38,511 nucleotides of DNA from a virus (lineage: Duplodnaviria; Caudoviricetes): IMG/VR virus record IMGVR_UViG_3300036773_000165, positions 1 through 38,511 of that record. One strand, given 5' to 3'. The position numbers and the translations under genes are program-made. The stretch's first letter is position 1. Each line of letters begins with the position of its first letter. Under the pieces are notes generated by a model. The model had not been told where the DNA came from and made no database searches. It saw only the letters and a program-made list of their open reading frames with translations. This document shows positions 31,775-38,511 of this stretch, one piece after another.

Positions 31775-34617
31775 GCGGTGACCTCGTCGAGGCAGCGCGG
31801 GCAGTAGTTCTGGTGGTATGGCTGGTCGAGCAGGGTGATGGGGATACCAAGGCCGCAGGTCTGGCAGATCGGGCGGAGGAAGTCCTGCTGGTACCGGTCG
31901 GTGGCGATGAACACCTCGACACGGCGGGCAGGGTGTTCGGCGTAGGGCAGCCAACTGGACTTGCCCATGAGAGCGGCGACGATGTTGTACGGGTTGGGTC
32001 GACCGTGAACGAGCATCCTGATGTGGAGTCGGTGGCCGTCCTGTTTGTGCCAGAGGTCGCTAACGAAGTCTTTGGCGTTGACGGTTTCGCTGCCGGGCGC
32101 GAAGTAGCCGCCTTCGATTTTGAGCCGCATGGGGATGTCCTGCTGCTGGTTCCACCAGGCCAGCCGTTGGGTGACTAGGTCGTAGTCGGCATCGAGTTCA
32201 ACGTCGAACATGGTGAGGTCGACGTCGGCGCGAAGGGTGACGGCGTCGACAGGGTGTCGGATCCACTCCCCTAGCTGCATGCGGTTTTCCAGTGCCGTGT
32301 CCACGTCGTGCAAGAACACGCTGATCTGGTTGTCGGTCATGGGTCGGGTGAAGGCGAACTCGACGTAGTCGGTGCCGGCGGTCCAGTCGCGGTATTTGAC
32401 TTCGTCGGAGGCGAACCGGATGGAGCGTTTCGCGATGCCGTGTTCGAGGCCGAGCTTGGTCTGGGCACGGAAACAGGCGCGGCGGAACAGAAAGCGCCAG
32501 TGATCGTTGCCGACGAAACGTAGAGCTTTGGGCTTGGTGAGTCGTGCTCGGACGCGGACGGCTTTGGAGTGTTGGTCGACGGTGGGCAACGTGGCGAGGT
32601 CAATGTCGACGTCGTTGGCGCGCAGGTAGTTTGCGCGATGCTGCAGGTCGCCGTGGTCGCAGGCTCCGCAGGATTTGCCGTAGCACCGTTCGTTGCAGCG
32701 CATGATCCATTCGGATCCGTGGTACGTGCTGTCGAAGTTGAGATCGTAGCTGTGGCTGTCGGTGTGTTCGACGAATTCGCGCATCTGGACGTATGCCTGC
32801 CACATGAGTTGTGGGTTGACACCGGTGTCGATGAATTCCCAGCCGAACATGTCGTGCAGGTTGCGCTCGTCGAAGCAGTCGGCGTAGCCGTTGTCGAATC
32901 CTCGGGCGATCAGCTTGGTCTCGATGAGGTCTTTGAAAGTGCGGGGTACGCCACCCCAGCAGGCTTGGTCGGCTTCCAACATGGCATCGACGAGGGCCTC
33001 ACCGACATCGCGGCTGGCGCGTTGGCAGAGCTGGAAGAAGGCGAGCTTGTCGGGTTGGCCTTTGGAGCCGAGCTTGAAGTCGATTTTGAGGTCGCGAAAT
33101 TCTTCCCAGACGTCGCCGAGGAGCCGGACGGCTGGCTGGGGCGCGAACCACTGAAAGGGGGTGTTCGCTTCGATCAGCAGAGGCGTCCAGGAGAACTGGA
33201 TCCGGATGGTGGACTGGCCCATGGATTCGCGGATGTCGGCGAGGTCTTTGGCGAGTTTCAGGATGCGGTAGACGTCGCCTTCGTCTTCTCCGGGCAGGTT
33301 GGTGATCATGTAGAGCTTGAATTTGCGGATGCCGGCGCGGATGCCTTTGGTGACGGCTTCTCGAACGTCGGCGTCGGAGGTGCCTTTGCCGAGTAGGTCC
33401 CGCATGCGTTGGCTGCCGCCTTCGACGCCGAGGCTGACGGAGTCCATGCCACCGTGGACTTGCAGGAGGATGAACGTGTTGTCGGCGTTGAAGTCGTCAA
33501 CTCGCATGCTGGGGGCGTCGACCTCGTCGGACACGTTTTCCAGGAGGCTGGAGATGAGCTGCCGGCGCTGGGTGTACATCGGGAGATCGGGGCTGAAAGG
33601 GGCCATGCGAGTGGACCCCATGTTGTCCTGAAGGTTTTTCGCATAGGTCGTGACGTACTCGACTGACCGCTGCCGGTAGGGTTTGCTCTTCCACGCGAGC
33701 GAGCAGAAGCTGCACCAGGCTGGGCAGCCACGTGCTACTTCCAAGTCCCCACTGCCCATTGAAGCATCTGCGTACAGCAGTGGGGGGTTGTCGAGGGGGG
33801 CGACGGCGTTGAGGTCTTTGACGTGGCGTTTGCGGAAGGGCAGGCGCATGCCATCAAGGAGGCTGACGTAACCGCTGACCTGCTTGGACAGGTGGGGGCC
33901 GACGCCGGCGTGATTGCGATCCTCGCTGGTGTAGCGGACTTCTACGAAGCGAGGGAAGTAGAGGAAGTTGAATTCTCTGGCGAGGTCGGCGTAGCAGCTG
34001 AGTCGCTCGGTGTGCCAGCGTCCTTGAGTTTTGAAAGTTGCGATGCGAGCTGTGACGCTGCCGATGCCAGGGTTGCCAGGCTCGTCTTCGCATTCGCCAA
34101 GGAACCAGCAATCGACAACGGGAGCGAGGACTTCGGGGGCTCCGTAGGAGAGTCCTCCGACCATGACCATGGGGGTGGTGTTGGCATCGCGGTCCTTCCA
34201 CCGTGGGGGGATGCCGGACATGGTGAGCATTTTGAGGAAGGACATGGACAGCACGGGGTAGCTGATACTGGTGGCGACGACATCGAAGTCGGTGATGGGG
34301 TGCTTGGATTCGATGCCGAAGATGGGGATGTGATTCTTTTCCAGCAGTTTCATGTCGCCGGGGGTGGCGGGTAGGTAGAAGCGGTCGCATAGGAAGGTGC
34401 TGTCGGCGTCGTGGATGGCTTTGTAGACGGCGGGGATGGATTGGTTGCCGGCGGCGGCTTCGTAGGGCCAGGAGGCCATGAGGCACCAGCGAGCGGTGGC
34501 GGTGTCCCAGTCCCGGCGCATGGAGTTGGGCTCGTCGCCGAGGTATTGGACGGAGAGGTCCATTTTGTGGGCGTTCGAGTTCAGCCAGGACTGGATTCGG
34601 TGCGGAGTGGTGATCAT
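31771..34617 (-). CDS. Radical SAM enzyme (TIGR03960-like) fused to a TIGR03936/DUF2344-like domain and a C-terminal Zn ribbon, 948 aa
   Basis: Start ATG 34617 (ATGA overlap); QYLGDEPNS, FGIESKHPITDFDVV..SISY, EVARGCPAWCSFC (CxxxCxxC), PSMRVD, EGGSQRMR, KLYMI.NLPGE, TPFQW, CNERCYGKSCGAC, RVRARLTK...RFV......FRRA, CQTC...CPRC. Confidence 0.88.
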   Translation of the reverse strand: MITTPHRIQSWLNSNAHKMDLSVQYLGDEPNSMRRDWDTATARWCLMASWPYEAAAGNQSIPAVYKAIHDADSTFLCDRFYLPATPGDMKLLEKNHIPIFGIESKHPITDFDVVATSISYPVLSMSFLKMLTMSGIPPRWKDRDANTTPMVMVGGLSYGAPEVLAPVVDCWFLGECEDEPGNPGIGSVTARIATFKTQGRWHTERLSCYADLAREFNFLYFPRFVEVRYTSEDRNHAGVGPHLSKQVSGYVSLLDGMRLPFRKRHVKDLNAVAPLDNPPLLYADASMGSGDLEVARGCPAWCSFCSLAWKSKPYRQRSVEYVTTYAKNLQDNMGSTRMAPFSPDLPMYTQRRQLISSLLENVSDEVDAPSMRVDDFNADNTFILLQVHGGMDSVSLGVEGGSQRMRDLLGKGTSDADVREAVTKGIRAGIRKFKLYMITNLPGEDEGDVYRILKLAKDLADIRESMGQSTIRIQFSWTPLLIEANTPFQWFAPQPAVRLLGDVWEEFRDLKIDFKLGSKGQPDKLAFFQLCQRASRDVGEALVDAMLEADQACWGGVPRTFKDLIETKLIARGFDNGYADCFDERNLHDMFGWEFIDTGVNPQLMWQAYVQMREFVEHTDSHSYDLNFDSTYHGSEWIMRCNERCYGKSCGACDHGDLQHRANYLRANDVDIDLATLPTVDQHSKAVRVRARLTKPKALRFVGNDHWRFLFRRACFRAQTKLGLEHGIAKRSIRFASDEVKYRDWTAGTDYVEFAFTRPMTDNQISVFLHDVDTALENRMQLGEWIRHPVDAVTLRADVDLTMFDVELDADYDLVTQRLAWWNQQQDIPMRLKIEGGYFAPGSETVNAKDFVSDLWHKQDGHRLHIRMLVHGRPNPYNIVAALMGKSSWLPYAEHPARRVEVFIATDRYQQDFLRPICQTCGLGIPITLLDQPYHQNYCPRCLDEVTA

Positions 34618-35201
34618 GTGTGGATGTCCACGGCGGCGATGTAGCAGTCGTGGAACTGGGTGAGGGTGGTGCGTAGGGTGTTCGGCCAGTCGGGGTCGAC
34701 GACGAAGTCGTTTCCGTCCCAGGTTTCCCGGGCGCGCCAGAGGTCTGGGGCGGCGGCGATGGCGTACGGGGGCTGGAGACGGCTTGGATGGTTGGGATCC
34801 CAGTTGTCTGGCATGTGGACCAGCAGCTTGGTGACGGGGATGACGTCGAGGTCGGGGCGCTTGACCCACTTGGTCGGCCATTTCACAGCGATGCCGGGGC
34901 GGGGGCCGTTGGCGCATCCGTTGCAGGTGTATTCGGGGTGCTCGGCTCGGTGCCTGCGCGCTGGTTCGTCGTCGCGTAGGCCGGTGCCGTGGCAGAGCCA
35001 GCAGGCTTCCTGGTTTGCCGGGTCTTGTTCTGGGTCGTACTCCGACCAGGTTCCGGTCCAGCGGCCACCCAGTTGCCACCAATCCCAATGACCGTTCTCG
35101 TTGTCGTTCTCGTCCCAGGGCTTGAGGACTTCGCCGACGGCTTCGTGTAGTTTGTCGCCGTCATACTTGAACGGCAGGATGACGCCGATGAGGTAGTGCA
35201 T
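34614..35201 (-). CDS. Conserved phage protein with WDWWQLGGRW motif and CxxCxGxG Zn finger (195 aa)
   Basis: MHYLIGVIL...WDWWQLGGRWTG...CWLCHGTG...CNGC...VDIH. Confidence 0.75.
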   Translation of the reverse strand: MHYLIGVILPFKYDGDKLHEAVGEVLKPWDENDNENGHWDWWQLGGRWTGTWSEYDPEQDPANQEACWLCHGTGLRDDEPARRHRAEHPEYTCNGCANGPRPGIAVKWPTKWVKRPDLDVIPVTKLLVHMPDNWDPNHPSRLQPPYAIAAAPDLWRARETWDGNDFVVDPDWPNTLRTTLTQFHDCYIAAVDIHT

Positions 35202-35203
35202 TG

Positions 35204-35485
35204 CTACTGCCAAGTCCAGCGGACGAGCTGGTCAGGAGCGTTTCCGGCTTTGCGAGCGACGAATTTGTTGAGGCGGCGGACATCCCAGCGGCCATCCAGG
35301 GGCCATTGACGTAGCTCACTAAGCGCTTCCTCGCAGGTGGCGAAGCTGGTGTAGGGGCCCCAGATGCCTTTGATGTCGCGTTCGGTGTCGTCGGCGTAGA
35401 GGACCAGGACGCACCAGTCGGGCTCTAGCTCGGGGGAGGCGGCGCTGCGGGTTGTCACTGAGTTTGCTGCGTTGGAGAGGTTCAC
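35204..35485 (-). CDS. Hypothetical protein (93 aa)
   Basis: SD AAGGAGG before GTG 35485. Confidence 0.65.
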   Translation of the reverse strand: MNLSNAANSVTTRSAASPELEPDWCVLVLYADDTERDIKGIWGPYTSFATCEEALSELRQWPLDGRWDVRRLNKFVARKAGNAPDQLVRWTWQ

Positions 35486-35553
35486 GGCCTCCTTACCGCC
35501 GTGGTCGGCCGGGATTCCGCTTGTCCCTCAATCAGGTGACTAGAGCTGGGTGT

Positions 35554-36186
35554 TCACAGTCGGGTGACTTGGGTGAGACCGTCGACCTGGTGGATGCGGT
35601 AGACGACGTCGGCGGCTTCCAGGAAGGACTCTTCGTGGGTGACCAGGATGATCTGTACGCCGGTCTTGGTGACGAGGTCTTTGAGGAATTCGATCAGGCG
35701 AGGTAGGTACTCGGCGGAGACGTGGGCGAAGGTCTCGTCGAGGAACAGCACGGTGTCCTGCCGGTTCTTGCTCAGCAGGAGGATGACCAGGCGGAGCAGG
35801 AAGCCGATGACGGCGGCGAGTCCTCCCCCGCGGGCGGCGAGGACGTCGGTGTCGACGGTGGTTCCGTCGTCGAGGGTGGAGCGGACGATGAGGTCCACCA
35901 CTGGCGTCTTAGCCCGCACTCCGGGCACCAGGTGGAAGGACAGTTCGTCTCCGAAGATTGTTTGCAAGCCTTGGGTGACCAGGGTTTCGATGGCTCGTTG
36001 CGCGGCATCTTGTCGCTCCTCGCCGATCGTGGTCAGGATGATGGCCGCCTTTTCATGCAGCTCGATGACCTGGTTGAGCTGCCGAATCTCCTCCAGCAAG
36101 GTCTTGCCTTGATCGGCGAGGGCGAAGGCTTCGCCGCGTTGCCGGTCGACGAGGCGGCGGGCCTGAGCGATGCGGCTCTCAATCAT
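35554..36186 (-). CDS. SbcC/Rad50-like ATPase, C-terminal half as a stand-alone gene (210 aa)
   Basis: ATG 36186 (ATGA overlap); coiled coil, signature RGGG, Walker B LFLDETFAHVS, H-loop QIILVTH; no Walker A. Confidence 0.88.
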   Translation of the reverse strand: MIESRIAQARRLVDRQRGEAFALADQGKTLLEEIRQLNQVIELHEKAAIILTTIGEERQDAAQRAIETLVTQGLQTIFGDELSFHLVPGVRAKTPVVDLIVRSTLDDGTTVDTDVLAARGGGLAAVIGFLLRLVILLLSKNRQDTVLFLDETFAHVSAEYLPRLIEFLKDLVTKTGVQIILVTHEESFLEAADVVYRIHQVDGLTQVTRL

Positions 36187-36392
36187 GTGCTGCTCAGCGC
36201 TTGTAGCGCGTTGCTCACGAGCCGGCGGTGCAGTGCGTTGAGGGCCGAGTCGTAATTCTCGCGCTGGGTGTCGTGTTCCCCGCAACTCTCCACCAGGCGG
36301 GTTGGCAAGTGTAGAAGCCGGACTGAGGGTTTGCCCATCCCGTCGCGGTAGATGTCGACGCGGAGGTCTTCCTCAGCGATCACGATCACCAT
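36183..36392 (-). CDS. Stand-alone class-I release factor domain-3-like mini-protein lacking GGQ (69 aa)
   Basis: EEDLRVDIYR...SVRLLHLPTRLVESC....TQREN...AL..L aligns with RF1/RF2 DLRIDT.R...SAVRITHLPTGIVV.CQ..RSQ..N...A...L. Confidence 0.75.
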   Translation of the reverse strand: MVIVIAEEDLRVDIYRDGMGKPSVRLLHLPTRLVESCGEHDTQRENYDSALNALHRRLVSNALQALSST

Positions 36393-36543
36393 TCTGCTCC
36401 ATCTTGGTCAGGTGCCAGCCGCGGCATCGTGGGCATTTGTAGTAGCGCCGTTCCTGAGGTTCGTTTCCCCGATCGATCCGGAGCAAGGCGATCTTGGCGT
36501 CGAGCAGGGTGCGGTAGCGGACCTTTCCTTCGCAGACTGGCAT
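36373..36543 (-). CDS. Small Zn-binding phage protein (56 aa)
   Basis: Below the ORF-track cutoff: MPVCEGKVRYRTLLDAKIAL...RYYKCPRCRGWHLTK...; TGATG overlap with dnaN; C..K..Y...Y.C..C..WHLT pattern common in actinophages. Confidence 0.75.
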   Translation of the reverse strand: MPVCEGKVRYRTLLDAKIALLRIDRGNEPQERRYYKCPRCRGWHLTKMEQNGDRDR

Positions 36544-37727
36544 CAATGCATCCAGTCACTGAGCATCTGCTGGCACACTCCGACTCCTTTGCTCGACTGG
36601 AGGAGCAACGGGGTGCGGCGGGTTTTGGTGTCGTCGCCGAGGCGGAATGTGAGCTTTTCCTCGCCGTAGGTGCTGATCATGTCGGTCAGGTAGCGGTGGT
36701 TGACCATGACGGTGCGCTGCCCGCGGCCGTTCCAGGTGGCATCGATGGTCTCGGTGGCGGTGTTGCCGTACTTGTCTTTGGCGTGGATCGTCATCTCGTC
36801 AACGTCGAAGTCGAGTGCGATGGCGGAGGACTCGGCGTCGGCGTTGATCCGGATGCGCCGGATGGCGTCAGTGAGTTCGGCACGGTCGCATTCGAGGGTG
36901 TGTCGGTTCTCCAAGGCTGGCCGCAGCATCTGGGCTTCCATGTCGGGGAACTGGGCCTCGAATTTGTTGACGATGAAGATGTCGCTGCCGAATCGGAAGA
37001 TCAGCTTGTCGCTGGACTGGCCTATGTCGATGGTTTCAAGTTCGCTGATCTTGAGGAGGCGGATCAGGTCGTCGACGGCGCTCATGGGGATTCGCAGCTT
37101 GCTGGTGAGGGTGGGGATGTTGACTTGCTGGATGCGTGAGCCGTCGCAGGCGGTGAGTTTGCCGTCGTGGACGTCGATGATGTTGAGGTTGCTACGGGAG
37201 GGGTCGCGGCTGGCCGCGTAGCGGACGGCTTGGATGGCGTCGAGTAGCGGCCGGCGGCCGACGATGGTGAATTCGGCTTCGGTGATGACCGGCATGGCCG
37301 GGTAGTCGTGGCCGCCGGGAAGTTGCAGGGTCCAGGCGGCGCGACCGATGCTGATGCGAGCGGTGGCGCCTTTGACTCGGATGTGGACGTCGGTGTCTTC
37401 GGCGGTTTTGACGACTTCCAGGAGCTTCTTGGCGGGGAAGACGACGATGCCCGGCGTGGTCACGCTGACCATCGGGGTGGAGGCGATGAGGCTCATCTCC
37501 AGGTCGCTGGCGATCACCCGGAGGCGTTGCCGGTCGACCTGAAACTGAAAACACTTCAGGACGGGCATGACATCGCGGACGGGGACGACGGTGATGGCTT
37601 TCTCGAGGAGTACTTGTAGGACGAACTTCTTGATGTCGAAGTTCAGGACTTCGGCGAGTTCGGGTTCAGGGAGGTCGGCCGGGTCGTCGGCCATGATGGA
37701 GGCGAGCAGGTCGCTGACGTTGGACAT
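36543..37727 (-). CDS. dnaN: DNA polymerase III beta sliding clamp
   Basis: 394 aa; PVL..F, ASDLEMS, PAKKLLE, DYP, YAAS.D.SR, ACDG.R, QFPD, VNHRYL.D. Confidence 0.92.
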   Translation of the reverse strand: MSNVSDLLASIMADDPADLPEPELAEVLNFDIKKFVLQVLLEKAITVVPVRDVMPVLKCFQFQVDRQRLRVIASDLEMSLIASTPMVSVTTPGIVVFPAKKLLEVVKTAEDTDVHIRVKGATARISIGRAAWTLQLPGGHDYPAMPVITEAEFTIVGRRPLLDAIQAVRYAASRDPSRSNLNIIDVHDGKLTACDGSRIQQVNIPTLTSKLRIPMSAVDDLIRLLKISELETIDIGQSSDKLIFRFGSDIFIVNKFEAQFPDMEAQMLRPALENRHTLECDRAELTDAIRRIRINADAESSAIALDFDVDEMTIHAKDKYGNTATETIDATWNGRGQRTVMVNHRYLTDMISTYGEEKLTFRLGDDTKTRRTPLLLQSSKGVGVCQQMLSDWMH

Positions 37728-37972
37728 CAGACGCCGATCTCGTCGAGTTTGGTCGAGATGTCGGCGACGATCCCGGCCAGTTCCTCGCGCAGCTGGGTGA
37801 GTAGGGTGGCTGCTTCCTCCACGGTCTCGACGCCGAACTCTCGCTTGAGTTCGTCGCGGGCGGTGTCGTAGGAGGCTTTCGCGGAGTCTCGGGCTCCTTC
37901 GGCGCGCACGCGGTCGCGTTCGGCGGCGCGGAGCTTTTCCTGGAGGGCGACGACGTCTTCAGCGAGGGTCAT
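37727..37972 (-). CDS. Small coiled-coil protein (81 aa), possibly the middle piece of the split SbcC
   Basis: ATG 37972 (ATGA overlap): MTLAEDVVALQEKL...LKREFGVETVEEA..LL..L..EL. Confidence 0.7.
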   Translation of the reverse strand: MTLAEDVVALQEKLRAAERDRVRAEGARDSAKASYDTARDELKREFGVETVEEAATLLTQLREELAGIVADISTKLDEIGV

Positions 37973-38511
37973 GAAAGTTCTCCTGCGGCTGCCTTGCGGA
38001 ATGCTTCGGCCAGGTCGCCGAAGGCTGCTTCGAGGTTGGGTTTCTGGAATCGAGAGCAGGCGTGTCGGACGTCGCACCAGTGGCAGGTGCCGGTGTCCTC
38101 GGTGCAGCTGCGCTCGTTGGCCCACACTCCGTGGGCGTAGCGCTGGATGCGCTGCATCAGGTCGGCGCGGTTGGCGTCGGTGACTTCCAGGACCAGGAGC
38201 CGTTCATCGCACATGGGTTGGATGAGTCCGACATGGCGGGTCTTGGTTCCCGACGAAATCCAGACGGCGAGGTCGTAGAACGTGAGTTGGGCGACGACTT
38301 TGCGCCAGTACTGGTTGTCGGCGGTGCCTTTGAGGTCCCAGATGACGGGGCCGTTGTTGTCGACGATCAGGTCCATCTCGCCAGTGAGGAGGATGTCCCG
38401 TGGTTGGCCGTCCTGGTCCGGGATGGACAAGGGCACCTTGAACCACTTGCCGTGCTCGTGCGGGTAAGGCAGCACGTGCTTGGTGAGAATGGGTTCGAGC
38501 CGGGCGCACAG
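37969..38511 (-). CDS. Cas4/RecB-like PD-(D/E)xK exonuclease, 5'-truncated by the window edge
   Basis: GEMDL...IWDLK...QLTFY and C-terminal CHWCDVRHAC (Fe-S-type Cys); frame is open to the window end. Confidence 0.85.
   Translation of the reverse strand: MCARLEPILTKHVLPYPHEHGKWFKVPLSIPDQDGQPRDILLTGEMDLIVDNNGPVIWDLKGTADNQYWRKVVAQLTFYDLAVWISSGTKTRHVGLIQPMCDERLLVLEVTDANRADLMQRIQRYAHGVWANERSCTEDTGTCHWCDVRHACSRFQKPNLEAAFGDLAEAFRKAAAGELS

Noticed and set aside
34618-35088. N-terminal 157 aa of the 1105-aa ORF call
   Set aside because: Overlaps the real 34614-35201 gene in another frame and is low-complexity Arg/Pro; family similarity begins at ATG 34617 with an ATGA overlap
37969-38511. Cas4-like gene as evidence of a CRISPR-Cas system
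   Set aside because: Solo Cas4-like exonucleases are common in phage recombination modules; no array or other cas gene is present
1-38511. tRNA/rRNA genes, integrase, transposase, att sites
   Set aside because: None seen; intergenic gaps are too short or otherwise explained, so prophage versus free phage cannot be decided from this window

Overview
A 38.5-kb segment of a large, high-GC tailed phage or prophage of an actinomycete host. All credible genes are on the minus strand. Reading right to left, the first block (38511-27742) is a tightly coupled early/replication operon. It encodes a Cas4-like exonuclease, a split SbcC/Rad50, a beta clamp, a GGQ-less release-factor-domain mini-protein, a 948-aa radical SAM/DUF2344-like fusion, an Acb2/Tad1-like protein, a papain-like protease, DnaX and an FkbM methyltransferase. 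The late region (27727-1) encodes a probable small terminase, a first fibre/depolymerase cassette, large terminase, portal, MuF-like protein, protease/scaffold, head decoration and major capsid protein. These are followed by three lysis-type genes, a second ~10-kb block of fibre, collagen and beta-propeller genes, four head-tail joining genes and the start of a probable glycosyltransferase. The most striking non-coding signal is a CCGATAG-like motif in front of almost every late transcription unit. It lies exactly 7 nt before the start codon at four sites, which points to a sigma28/WhiG-like -10-only late promoter producing leaderless mRNAs. All protein calls come from motif recognition by eye; no database search was run.
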